Source: Macrostomum lignano (lineage: Eukaryota). Taken from it: 64,000 nucleotides of DNA. The number at the start of each line of letters is the position of its first letter. The stretch's first letter is position 1. Positions 27,801-39,809 of this stretch are shown here, one piece after another. The notes beneath the pieces were generated by a model. The model did not search any database and was not told where the DNA came from. It saw nothing but the letters and a program-made list of their open reading frames with translations. The DNA is taken from NCBI GenBank assembly GCA_002269645.1, contig NIVC01002778.1, positions 1 through 64,000 of the forward strand. The letters are read 5' to 3'. The position numbers and the translations under genes are program-made.

Positions 27801-30800
27801 GTCTCTTCCCGAATTCCCAGATCCCTCACCAGTTCCACCAGGTGTCTCTTCCAAATTTCCTCATCAGTTTCCTCATCCTTCATCGGTTCTCTTCCCAAAT
27901 TTTCCAACAATCCCCAATCTGCATTAAATTATCTCCCACTTTGCAGACCAATAATAGAAAGCCTCAGTTGGTAAAGTCTGATCTTAACTGGCGACCGACT
28001 TTGAGATGCGCGGTAAATTTATTGTTTATTAATTTTTTAGCACCTTGCACAATCACTAATGTCAGCACTGGTACCTGGATTGCCGAATGTATTTCAAATT
28101 TTTCATTATTTTGTTTTTGTTGTGCTAGAAAAATCATCAACACTGCATGATTAGAAATTTCTTAAGTGTGATAGGAGTTTCTAGTGTACTTTTCAGAAAT
28201 AAAAGTTCCCCCGAGTACTTTAAACTTAGTTGCAGAGTTTCCCGTGTACTTTAATTAAGGGGGTTAAAATGTTCTCTGTGTACTTCAATTAGGGTTACGT
28301 AGTTCTACGTGTACTTTAATTAGGTTTTCAGTATTAGGGTTGCAGAAAGATTAACAGTGATTTGAGTGCGCTGAGTGATATTCGTGTGTATTGGTGTTGC
28401 TAGCCTTCATAATTCACCTTACCGCCTACCTGTCGCTGGTTTGCATGCGCACAGTTGCAGTTTATTCAGGGAACTATTAATAATATTCAAAGTGTATATT
28501 CCGCATGTAGCTAATTCTAGTAATTCGTATATAAAGGCTTTTGGTGACTGGTTGACTCTGCCCAGTGCCAGGCCTGGGAGCTGGCAGCTGCGCAGTAGCA
28601 ATGTTTCTGTTATTTTACGATCTTAAATGCCATTAGCAGTCTGTTGATCATGTGAAATCGTATATAGCTGCGCTAGCATTTAATGTTGTCGCATGTTAAC
28701 TGAAGTGCCGATTTTTCTTAATGAAATTAACATCGTATTGAAATTGGTTTCAATACAATCAAACAGTGCTATTATAAGTAGTTTAGTGCGCATTTTTTCT
28801 CGAAAAATGAGCTTGTAGTTAGCTCAATAAAAGAGTACTTAGTGTACTTTTAAATGTCATAAAAGTACTTCGTGTACTGTAAATCCGAGAGAAGTACCTA
28901 TTGTACTTTTATACCGCTTCTCCTCAGATTCCAGCCACCTCATCAGCGACGCTGCCGTCCGGCCTGCCCGGCTGGCGGGTTGAGGAGGGCGGGTCCGGCG
29001 AGCCCAGGAAATTCCTATTCGGCGAGCCCTCAATGAACATGGGCTTCCTGGCGCAGGGCCAGCAGTCTCAGGCTCTGCTATCTCAGCAGCCTTCTTCGTC
29101 GGCTAAATCGGCCGCGGTCATCGCCGAGTTGGAGAGGTCGGCGGAGCCGGCTGCTCCGGCGCAGACGCCGGAGTCGCAGCAGCCACAGCGGCCCAAGCTG
29201 GAGATCTCCCTGCCGGTGGGTGGCCGGCTGCAGGAGACGCGCAAGGAGAGCCCCGTGAAGGCCCTTCGGCTGCCGACGGCAGGGGCTGGTGGCAAGGTGA
29301 GGGCCGCTGTGTTTCCATTTTCTAATGGTATTGCTTGAATGCGATTTCCTTCTTAAAGCTCTTAGCAATGATTTCTTATTCGAGACTCTTTCCCTGTCTG
29401 ATCCTAATAGATGTCGCTCTTAAATCCCATTTTGTTCTCATATTGATCCCAGCTTATTCCCGATCCCACTGTCCCTCCTGATCCCATCTTATTTCCTCCT
29501 TCCCTATTCCCCTGTTCCTCCTGATCCCATCTTAATATGATCTTATTCCCTCCTTCCCTATTCCCATGTTCCTCCTGATCCCATATTATTCCCTCCTTCC
29601 CCATTCCCCTGTTCCTCCTGATCCCATCCTTTTCCCTCCTTCCTGAACCCCTCAATCTGAACTCGCTTTCCGCCATTCCATAGGAGTCTAAGAAGTCCTC
29701 GGCCAAGTCACCCAGCGGCAAGCGGCAGGCCTACCACCTGGTGCTGACTGGCCCAGACCTGCTGTTCTACCGGTCCCGCTCGGACAAGCGGCCGGAACTG
29801 GCCCTGGCCGTGGCCGCTGTCGAGGTAGACCCGTCTGGCGGCCCGCCAGCGCCTCCGCCGCTTCCATCGGACGATCCTTCGACGGGACCGCTAAGGCTTC
29901 GCTACGTCGCTGGCGGTGGCGGCGTCGGTGGCGACAGTGCCGGCTACGACTCTTCGTCGCTTGGGCGGCACGCGGATCTGTATCCTAGCGCCGACTGCGA
30001 CATGCTGCTCTACTGGGATGAACCAGGGGCCCGCAAGCAGTGGAGCCTAGCGCTGGAGTGAGTAGCTCTTGGCGTTTCTGGATATTAAAATGAAATCGTA
30101 GAATGGATTCTCTAGATTACGGTAGTTCGTGTATGGCAGGGTAGACTAGGGTAGATTCTGTAGTGTAGGGTAGATCCTGTAGGGTAGGGTAGATCCTGTA
30201 GAGTAGGGTAGATCCCGTAGTGTAGGGTAGATCCTGTAGTGTAGGGTAGATCCTGTAGTGTAGGGTAGATCCTGTAGGGTAGGGTAGATCCTGTAGTGTA
30301 GTGTAGATCCTGTAGGGTAGGGTAGATTCTGTAGTGTAGGGTAGATCCTGTAGGGTAGGGTAGATTCTTTAGTGTAGGGTAGATCCTGTAGTGTAGTGTA
30401 GATCCTGTAGGTTAGGGTAGATTCTTTATCTTAGGGTAGATCCTGTAGTGTAGGGTAGATCCTGTAGGGTAGCGTAGATTCTGTAGTGTAGGGTAGATTC
30501 TGTAGTGTAGGGTAGATCCTGTAGTGTAGGGTAGATCCTGTAGTGTAGGGTAGATCCTGTAGGGTAGGGTAGATCCTGTAGTGTAGGGTAGATTCTGTAG
30601 TGTAGGGTACATCCTGTAGTGTAGGGTATATCCTGTAGTGTAGTGTAGATCCTGTAGGGTAGGCTAGATTCTTTATCGTAGGGTTGATCCTGTAGTGTAG
30701 GGTAGATCCTGTAGGGTAGGGTAGATTCTGTAGTGTAGGGTAGATCCTGTAGTGTAGGGTAGATCCTGTAGGGTAGGGTAGATTCTTTATCGTAGGGTAG

Positions 30801-32456
30801 ATCCTGTAGTGTAGGGTAGATCCTGTAGGGTAGGGTAGATTCTTTATCGTAGGGTTGATCCTGTAGGGTAGGGTAGATCCTGTAGTGTAGGGTAGATCCT
30901 GTAGTGTAGGGTAGATCCTGTAGTGTAGTTGGAGATCCAATTCTGTAAGGCAGCACACAGAGCACTCACGAGTGTTTCAATTCCGCATACACAGGTACGC
31001 CAAGGACTTGGCAACTAAGCGCATGTACCAGCCTAGCTCGCAGCAGCAGCAGACTCCGCAGCAGTCGGCCTCATCGCACTCTGGCGGGGGCAAGCAGCAG
31101 CAGCAGTCGCAGACTCCGCCGCAGCCGCAGCCCCGCGACAGCAAGCAGCGAGTGTCCATAGCCCAGAGGCTGAACGATTTTTTCAGGCGTAGGCCGGCGC
31201 TGGACGAGCTGGAGAAGAAAGGCATCGTGCGGAACGAGCCCGTGTTCGGCTCCACCCTGCGCCAGATCTGCGCGCACGAGCGCTCGGACGCGCCTCGCTT
31301 TCTAAGCCGCTGCATTGAAGCTATCGAGGGCCACGGCCTGGAGACTGAGGGCATCTACCGGCTTGGCGGCAACGCGGCCACCGTGCAGAAGCTGCGGCTG
31401 CTGGTTGACCAGACTGAGGACTACGACCTGACCACCGGCTGGGACATCTTCGTGCTCACCTCGGCATTGAAAACTTTTCTAAGAGAGCTGAGAGAGCCGC
31501 TGATTCCGTCAGCGACTTTTCAGGTTCGTTGTTACTAGGCTAAGGTTTTCTGAGGTCAACAAACATGTTCATTCTAACGACACCTGTCTATAGTGTTAAT
31601 TTAGACACCTAATCTTACTGAGTAAACACATTCTACCATAGACACCTGTCCGCTCTAAATAGACACCTGTCCGCCCTGAAGAGACGCATGTCCTCCCTGA
31701 AGAGACACTTTTCCACCCCGAAGACACCTGTCCATTGTTAAAAAGGCACATGTTTATTGTGAAGACAACTGTTCACCGTGAAATCACACCTGTCCACGAT
31801 TAGGACACCCTGTCCATCGGGTATCGACACCTTTCCATCGAGAATAGACACATGTACATCAGGAATAGACACCTGTCCATCGGGAATAGACACCTGTCCA
31901 TCGGTAATAGACACCTGTCCATCAGGAAAAGACACCTGTCCATCGGGAATAGTAGACACCTGTCCATCGGGAATAGACACCTGTCCATCGGGAATAGACA
32001 CCTGTCCATCGGGAATAGACACCTGTCCATCGGGAATAGACACCTGTCCATCGGGAATAGACACCTGTCCATCGGAAATAGACACCTGTCCATCGGGAGT
32101 AGACACCTGTCCATCGAGAGTAGACACCTGTCCACCCGCAGCTGATCACCGAGCACTACCAGTCCAGCGCCAAGCCCAGCGCCAAACGCGAGTCAATCCG
32201 GCAGGTGCTGCGCACGCTGCCACCGGCGCACTACAACACCCTGCGCCTGCTGTTCCACCATCTCACCCGGGTTGTGCAGTGCAGCGAGCGCAACCAGATG
32301 AGCTCCCAGAATGTCGCCCTGATGATGGGCCCGAATCTGGTCTGGCCGGCCAGTGGCGATGCGGATGGCGGCCTCTGCCTGACCTCCAACCTGATGTTCC
32401 AAAATCAGGTGGTTGAGTACATCCTGCTGGAGACCGAGTTTCTGTTTACTGACTGA
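24871..32456 (+). CDS. PH + RhoGAP protein, ARHGAP9/12/15/27-like; exons 24871-25230, 28928-29296, 29684-30057, 30995-31523, 32142-32456
   Basis: PH-like exon 3 (YHLVLTGPDLLFY...ARKQWSLALE), family signature LNDFFRRRPALDELEKKGIVRNEPVFG, GAP domain with arginine finger (GLETEGIYRLGG; LKTFLRELREPL; NQMSSQNVALMMGPNL). All GT/AG junctions are phase-compatible (0,0,2,0). Confidence 0.9.
25383..27860. repeat. ~2.5-kb minisatellite, 41-43-bp unit (TCCCAGATCCCTCACCAGTTCCATCAGGTGTCTC[TT]CCCGAAT), in RhoGAP intron 1
   Basis: Tandem units with higher-order block duplication; source of the 678-aa and other pseudo-ORFs. Confidence 0.95.
29440..29645. repeat. Pyrimidine-rich degenerate tandem repeat in RhoGAP intron 2
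   Basis: Recurrent TCCTCCTGATCCCAT...TTCCCTCCTTCCC units. Confidence 0.75.
30130..30935. repeat. 19-bp minisatellite (TAGTGTAGGGTAGATCCTG) filling RhoGAP intron 3
   Basis: Tandem units read directly. Confidence 0.93.
31580..32135. repeat. 21-bp minisatellite (GACACCTGTCCATCGGGAATA) in RhoGAP intron 4, running up to the acceptor
   Basis: Tandem units read directly. Confidence 0.92.
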
Positions 32457-32509
32457 TTTGTTTAACTCTAGTTTAAATATGCCATTTATTCTGGTTTTGG
32501 ATTGCTGGA

Positions 32510-33005
32510 ACAGGTATAACCGGTATCTCTTAGGGTATTGTAGGAGCAGGTATCTTTTTATGGGATTGTAGGAACAGGTATCTTTTTGGGATTGTAGGAG
32601 CAGGTATCTTTTTATGGGATTGTAGGAACAGGTATCTCTTCTGGGATTGTAGGAACAGGTATCTTTTTATGGGATTGTAGGAACAGGTATCTTTTTGGGA
32701 TTGTAGGAGCAGGTATCTCTTCTAGGATTGTAGGAACAGGTATCTTTTTGGGACTGTAGGAGCAGGTATCTCTTCTAGGATTGTAGGAACAGGTATCTTT
32801 TTGGGACTGTAGGAGCAGGTATCTCTTCTAGGATTGTAGGAACAGGTATAACCGGGATCTCTTGTGGGATTGTAGGAACAGGTATAACCGGGATCTTTTG
32901 CGGGGATTGTAGGAACAGGTATAACCGGGATCTCTTGTGGGATTGTAGGAACAGGTATAACCGGGATCTCTTTTGGGATTGTAGTAACAGGTATAACCGG
33001 TATCT
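32510..33005. repeat. ~28-35-bp minisatellite (GGGATTGTAGGAACAGGTAT...) in the RhoGAP 3' region
   Basis: Tandem units with variants. Confidence 0.88.
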
Positions 33006-33897
33006 CTATTGTTTTGTGTCGCTAGTGTGATCTGATAATTGTTAATGAATTATGATTTATGAATTGATGGCAGCGTGTTTGCCAAACGAATTTCCACGTC
33101 TCTCTTTCAAGCCCCGAACACCCGGTTTAATATGCGGCAGCGCTACTGGAGTGCTAAATTTACTAATTACTGATATTGTGTATTTATACTATATCACCGG
33201 TCTGCAGACTTCCGTGAAAACCTGTTTTATTTGTTAAAGTTTTATAGCGAATCCAGATCCTATGTACAGTCTGTCCTTAACTCTTATCTCTCAGAAATGA
33301 GAGCTCGTACCCAGTATTGTTATCAAGATCGCTTTATCTAGAAATTATATTTTGTTCTTTTTAAATTAGATTTTTATGATCTACCAAATTAGGATTCAAA
33401 ATTTAATCAATATTCTCAATGTTCTCTACTCGCAGTAGGCGGAAACGGACATTGTAATCTTAAATTGACTTTCTGTTAGACAATAATAGATCACAAAAAT
33501 ATAAATTATTACATTTATGCAGTTGTCATGGCCTCGCTTGCTCCTTTCGACATGGGAATTATTCCGTATGTATTGAGACATGTACATCACCTGTACATGC
33601 GGAATGCAACCTCTTCTATATTCCAGAATTGGTTAGGTCACCCCTGTGTACCGTATCTCTATTTATAACACTAAACCTGTCTTGAATTTACACTGTTCTT
33701 GCTGATTACCTTGGCTGATCAAATTCGTGTGCTATTTTTCCCTCACTTAATGTTGCTTTTTATGCCACTTACTTAGTATTTAAAATGACTGGAGATATGT
33801 CAGTAGCTTTTCAATGTCTCCATTTTCACTCAATTCAATTGATTTTGTTTCTTTATAATCTGTGTTCTTTGTTTTGTTGAAATATTTATTGATGTTG

Positions 33898-34060
33898 CCC
33901 GGGAATTAGAACTCCCCGCGATTCCCGCCTTTGAGGGCCAGCCCGCAAAGGCACAGGAAGTGTACATGCTGTACACCCTGCGTGAGCGTGTGTACTCACT
34001 GGCTGCGGATCGACTGTCGCCACGGGATTCGAACCCGGGACCGCGACACAACCCCGACGC
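33898..34060 (-). other. tRNA-related (B-box) structured fragment, probably a truncated SINE
   Basis: GGTCCCGGGTTCGAATCCCG T-arm/B-box followed by two strong hairpins; no D or anticodon arm. Confidence 0.4.
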
Positions 34061-34261
34061 GTTGTAGTTTAAAATTAAAATTACAATTTTATTTGTATAA
34101 ATCTTTATATTCCAAATCCATATTCCATATCTTGTCCCGCTGCTAAATAAAATCGATCAATCCTCCATTGGCTTTTGTTTTATATAAAAAAACGACGAGA
34201 ATTGACTACTTTCGTTCGTTTTTTTGCTACACCAGGACATTCATAGTACCTTCGAATGAGG

Positions 34262-34850
34262 CTTTCTGTAGCTGTCGCCCCCTCTGTAGCTGTCACCCCC
34301 TCTGTAGCTGTCACCCCATCTGTAGCTGTCACCCCATCTGTAGTTTTCACCCCATCTGTAGCTGTCACCTCATCTGTAGCTGTCACCTCATCTGTAGCTG
34401 TCACCCCCTCTGTAGCTGTCTCCCCCTCTGTAGCTGTCACCCCCTCTGTAGCTGTCACCCCATCTGTAGCTGTCACTCCATCTGTAGCTGTCACTCCATC
34501 TGTAGCTGTCGCCCCCTCTGTAGCTGTCTCCCCCTCTGTAGCTGTCACCCCCTCTGTAGCTGTCTCCCCCTCTGTAGCTGTCACCCCATCTGTAGCTGTC
34601 ACCTCATCTGTAGCTGTCACCTCATCTGTAGCTGTCACCTCATCTGTAGCTGTCACCCCCTCTGTAGCTGTCACCCCATCTGTAGCTGTCACTCCATCTG
34701 TAGCTGTCACCCCATCTGTAGCTATCACCCCATCTGTAGCTGTCACCCCATCTGTAGCTGTCACCCCATCTGTAGCTATCACCCCATCTGTAGCTGTCAC
34801 CCCACCTTTAGCTGTCACCCTATCTGTAGCTGTCGCCCCATCTGTAGCTG
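34262..34850. repeat. 18-bp minisatellite (TCTGTAGCTGTCACCCCA)
   Basis: About 32 tandem units. Confidence 0.95.
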
Positions 34851-35070
34851 GCGCCTTTTTTATGATATTCAGGACAGATTAAGATAAGTTCCGCTCATAA
34901 AACGCACCGCAGGAAGTCTCGTAGGTTACATATTATTTGTTTAGTAATCCTTGATAGAGCTTGAACAGCTGCCTAGCACTAAGCACTTAGTAGTCCTTGT
35001 TTCCCGCAAGAAATTATAAAAGTCCTTGGCCCTGATTCATTCAGCGCAACAGCTGGGGGCGAACGGCGCA

Positions 35071-36649
35071 ATGCGAATCGACTGTCAGCTAGCCGTACTG
35101 CTCACCGGCGGCACCGGCTGCGGTGGCGGCCCGCCTCCGCGAGCCCGCCGGGCGCTGCTGAGCCTGTGCGGCCGCGACGGTCGCTATCGGCTCGCCTGCC
35201 AGTGGGGCGGCAGCGGCTGCCAGGCCTGGCCGGTGTCCGCCGCCAACATCGAGCGGCTGCACACCCGCTTCCTGTCTGAGGGCCGGCTCACCCTGTGCCT
35301 GACCGGGCCGCACGTGCAGCTGCTCATTAGCGGCGCCGAGCCCCGCCAGCTGGCCGGCTTGGCTCGCCTTCTCGGCGACGTAGCCGGAGGTCGTGGCGTT
35401 GACCGACGCCTACTGCTAGGCTCCGGCTTGGATTACTCCTCGCTGACGCCGTTGGACAAGCGACGGGTGCGGGCGCGTACGCAGACTCAGCTGACGGTGA
35501 GTTCAGGACAGGTCGGAGCTGCTGCCCTGTGGGCTAAATTGGAGCTCCGCCTAATTTTTCATTGTTGCCTTAGGAGGTGATCTCGGCAGGCCTAATTAGC
35601 TGCATACTAACTACGGCCAATTATGCTTAACTCTGTAGCACTAACGCACTCGGCTAAAGCGACCCCCTCCGAACTGAAGATTTAGTATATGCGGACTAGC
35701 ACTTCTGGCCCCCCTCGGGTGACCCCAACCGAAGCTCGCGAGCCAATCCAGCGAATCATTTCATCGCCCGCCCCGCCAGGTGTCCAGCCGGGAGGCCTAC
35801 CCATCCGCCGGTGACTTCCCGCCCCACCTGGTGCAGCTCAGCGTCGGTCCGATTGGCCTGCGTCGCTTCGACGCCCGCCTCTGCCGGCTGGGCCAGCTCA
35901 GCGTCCTACGTATCCATGGCAACCAGCTCGAGTCTCTGCCGGACGCAATCAATCGTCTGCCGCTAACGGAGCTCAGCCTGCCTGGCAATCGCCTGGTGAC
36001 CTTTCCAGGATTCGAACTCCGTGCCGCCGGCCCCCTTGCCAGCAGTCTGGCGGTGCTAGACCTCCGCGACAACTGCTTGGCCTGGCTCGGCTCTGAGCTC
36101 GGCCGCCTCGCCGCCTTGCGAAGCCTCGACCTCTGCGGCAACCGGTTGACCCGCCTGCCCGACTGCCTGCCTGCCGTGCCGCTGCTCCGCTCCCTCGCCC
36201 TCGACGGCAACCGCCTTCGCCTTTTGCCTCGGCCGGCTGTCCGACTCGACCGGCTGTCCATTGGCTCCGGCCAGCCGTTCAGCTGCCGCGACTCCGGCCG
36301 CCTCCCCGTCCGCCTGCCCGTGCCCGACCTCGCCTCGCTCTGTCTGGCCGTCGTTCGTCGGCTGGTTGTCGATTTTCGTTCAAAGTCGCCGCCGCCACTG
36401 CCGTGGCACCTCCTGGACGACCTGGCCGCAATGCCTGCCTGCGCCGCCTGCAGGCGTCACTGCGACCCGCGGGTGGCCCCCTGTCCGCTGCCCGTACACC
36501 CGCGGCACCTGGCCGCCTGCTACGAGCTGCCCGCTCCAGACGACTCCGACGGTAACGGCGGCGTCGCTACGGTGCCCGTCATGCTGCACTTCTGCTCCGC
36601 TGCGTGCTTCGAGCGGCGGCTCGAGCTGTGCCGCTATTTCTCGTGCTGA
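35071..36649 (+). CDS. LRR1: Leucine-rich repeat protein 1 (PPIL5; CRL2 substrate receptor); exons 35071-35496, 35780-36649
   Basis: The N-terminus MRIDCQL...RALLSLC...NIERLHTRFLSEGRLT parallels LRR1 (MKLHCEV...RAVLSLC...NIEQFFTKFVDEGKAT). The junction reads TQLT|VSSREAYP, followed by LRRs, BC/Cul2-box-like VPDLASLCLAVV...LPWHLLDDL and C-terminal HFCSAAC. Confidence 0.9.
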
Positions 36650-36935
36650 TCCATCTGTGTGCTGACCCACCTGTGTGCTGACCCACCTGTGTGCTGACCC
36701 ACCTGTGTGCTGACCCACCTGTGTGCTGACCCACCTGTGTGCTGACCCACCTGTGTGCTGACCCACCTGTGTGCTGACCCACCTGTGTGCTGACCCACCT
36801 GTGTGCTGACCCACCTGTGTGCTGACCCACCTGTGTGCTGACCCACCTGTGTGCTGACCCACCTGTGTGCTGACCCACCTGTGTGCTGACCCACCTGCTG
36901 TTTGTGTGCTGACCCATCTGTGTGTGCTGGCCCAT
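36643..36935. repeat. 16-bp minisatellite (CTGTGTGCTGACCCAC) beginning at the LRR1 stop codon
   Basis: About 16 near-perfect units. Confidence 0.95.
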
Positions 36936-37479
36936 CTATTGGCTGACTCTCGTGCCGACCCGTACATTGACTCAAATGCTTTTTTATTCCGATTGACCCA
37001 CTCGGGGTTGCCTAAATTTTTTGCAAGCAAAATGATTGACAGGCAGTCATTTGCAATGCATGCCTGTAAGTTGCTCTTATCAATGATCGATTTATTTTTG
37101 CAACAGAATGCCAAGCTGGCTCATTCTGTGCTGATGAACTGATGCAATTGTTCAGAAATGTATTTAAAGCATCTTCCACTTACCCGTATTGCTGCCTGCA
37201 TTTTTAAATGTCCGCGGTGTACTTTTTTAATTGTCAATTTATGTAGCAATTATGCATTTTTTTGTTTTTTTGATGAAAATGTTTCCATGCTATGAATATA
37301 CTTGTTTTATTAATATGTCTAACTATTTGTGCCAATCAGCTCAGCAGCGTTTAACTTTATAACATAAAACTATAAATTATGTTTTTGTTTATTGTTAGTG
37401 AATTTCTTCAATTAGCATAATTACATTTTTCTATCATAATGATGGATAGATTAATAAGGCAAGTGTTGACTAGTTGATA

Positions 37480-37880
37480 AAACAGGATAGACTACTTGAT
37501 AGATGGGATAGGCTAGTTGATAGATGGGATAGGCTAGTTGACAGATGGGATAGGCTAGTTGATAGATGGGATAGGCTAGTTGACAGATGGGATAGGCTAG
37601 TTGACAGATGGGATAGGCTAGTTGATAGATGGGATAGGCTAGTTGATAGATGGGATAGGCTAGTTGATAGATAAGATAGGCTAGTTGATAGATAGGATAG
37701 GCTAGTTGATAGATGGGATAGGCTAGTTGATAGATGGGATAGGCTAGTTGATAGATAGGATAGGCTAGTTGACAGATGGGATAGGCTAGTTGATAGATGG
37801 GATAGGCTACTTGATAGATGGGATAGGCTAGTTAATAGATCGGATAGACTATTTGATAGACTGAATAGGCTAGTTAACAT
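37480..37880. repeat. 21-bp minisatellite (GATAGGCTAGTTGATAGATGG)
   Basis: About 19 units. Confidence 0.95.
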
Positions 37881-38466
37881 CCGGGCTCAGTCAATTCCAC
37901 AGCAGCTCAAAATTCCCTGAAATTCCATGGCATTTCCAAAATCTAAAAATAGCCATTGCTCAGCGAGCACCCGAAAATAGTCATGTAGTTTGCTAGCTAA
38001 AAACGGAGTCTTGCTCACATTGCTCATGTCAACTCATTCTCACATTGTCTATAGCTTTGCTTTTTGTTTTTTTTCCTGGAAAATTGTGTACATTTTCCCG
38101 CGGGCAGCTCTGCAGTTTCAGATAAATGTTCAGACAGAAAAAGAAGCAAAATGGCAGTAGCTCAGGCAGACTGCGAGCTATGCCAATGGAAAGAAAAGAG
38201 ATTTTGTTGTTTGAATTAAAGGCTCTGTATAACTTCGTTTTGTTTAACTCAATGAACAGTTGTAGTGCGGCAGGTGAGTTACATATTAAAGCTTTTAATT
38301 GTGTTTTATTGGCTAGGATTTGTGCTGGCTCGTGTGCTCACAATTTTTTGTGCGTCATCATTGAAGCTGGATGGCCAGTGCTAAAATTACTCATTACATT
38401 GTATCTAAGCTCAAGTCTCAAGTTATTAATATTCTTTCTAGTTTGTATTTAAAATTATTTTTCATC

Positions 38467-39350
38467 ATATGAGGGGTGCTTGCGAGTATTAATTTTTTAG
38501 AAATATGCAATTAAAAATGAAGCAAGGCAGCGAAATTTTACACTAATTTTCTCAGACGAATGCTCTCTGCTTGCGTGCAACATTTCTGCTTCCATTGGCC
38601 ACCAAAATGCGCTGTAGAACTGGTGGACGATAACCTCACAGCCCCACGGATAATGAAAACCGGGTCTACTTCTACAACCCGGAGATTGGAGAGCAGAGCC
38701 GTCAGTGGGTCACCAGTGACGAGGATGCGCTGCTGAAGCTTCGTCGCGAGGCCTGCGGCATCTTGCAGCCAGTGTTGCTCGAGCATGGTGCCACAGTGAG
38801 CATGGTGCCACAGTGAGCATGGTGCCACAGTGAGCATGGTGCCACAGTGAGCATGGTGCCACAGTGAGCATGGTGCCACAGTGAGCATGGTGCTACAGTG
38901 AGCATGGTGCCACAGTGAGCATGGTGCTACAGTGAGCATGGTGCTACAGTGAGCATAGTGCCACAGTGAGCATAGTGCCACAGTGAGCATGGTGCCACAG
39001 TGAGCATGGTGCCACAGTGAGCATGGTGCCACAGTGAGCATGGTGCTACAGTGAGCATGGTGCTACAGTGAGCATAGTGCCACAGTGAGCATAGTGCCAC
39101 AGTGAGCATGGTCGAGGGAGAAGGCGCATCTTCCTTCACCACGACAACGCAGACAACGCAGCTTCAGCAGCTGCCGCATCTAACTTAGTCGCTCGACTTT
39201 CCCAAAATGGAGAAGAACTTGAAGGTAAGGCGGCTTGACTCTAGGGAGGAGCTCCTAGATATCCTGGACCCGTTTCAGGAAGCCTATCTAAGGGTTTGCT
39301 TCAACTCGTGGTTCCAGAGAATGCCAAATGCCAGGGTAACTAGATGAAAA
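38467..39350 (+). pseudogene. Degenerate mariner transposase relic interrupted by a 17-bp array
   Basis: Plus-strand frames give TDNENRVYFYNPEIGEQSRQWV (cf. TGDETWVYYYDPE..QS.QW), RRIFLHHDNA (cf. LHHDNARPH) and DFPKMEKNLKVRRLDSREEL...CFNSWFQRM (mariner C-terminus). A TIR-like TATGAGGGGTG lies at ~38467. Confidence 0.75.
38781..39112. repeat. 17-bp minisatellite (GAGCATGGTGCCACAGT) x19 inside the mariner relic
   Basis: Array is bounded by GAGCATGGT at both ends; 323 added nt = 19 units. Confidence 0.95.
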
Positions 39351-39809
39351 TGACTGTATGCTCTGAGAAACCTGCTGCTTAGGTTCCTAATAATGGGTAT
39401 CAAATTTCAGCTGAATTCAACAATGATAAAAAAATCCGAAAACTTGATCGATTTTACAGTTTGTTTTAGCAAAATTTTACCTCATCAATATTGATATTGG
39501 TCTTAAAACTTATTCCTATATTATTGAAAGTCTGTAGATAAGTGCTGTCTTCAGATTAGCAATATAGTACAAAGACGATGCCAGTTTTGAATTTTGTCTG
39601 CTAAGGGAATGCATTTTACGTACGAAAACGAATACTCGTAGTTGCTTATTTTAGAAACTAAAAATGTACACTTAGCCTTGAAAGCCTTCCCGCTGCAATT
39701 CCATAGTCTTTCCACGGAAAGTCTACGCATGAGCATAAAACGATTCGCCCACGATTTGCAACGCCCACGCCCTCTTCTGCGCTAGCTCACTCACTACAAA
39801 TTGAAGACA

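Noticed and set aside
25585-27974. 678-aa, 346-aa, 295-aa and other ORFs
   Set aside because: They are translations of a 41-43-bp intronic minisatellite that lacks stops on the plus strand; the flanking RhoGAP exons splice in phase without them.
30412-32156. Repeat-peptide ORFs (TLQDLPY, DTCPSGI, PDGQVSI)
   Set aside because: Translations of 19- and 21-bp intronic minisatellites.
34168-34887. Cys/His-rich metallothionein- or antifreeze-like ORFs (CHPICS, VTATDG)
   Set aside because: All frames are open because of an 18-bp repeat; no splice or start context supports coding.
38538-39142. Minus-strand ORFs MLTVAPCSLWHHAHC...
   Set aside because: Repeat-derived; the plus strand carries the recognisable mariner motifs.
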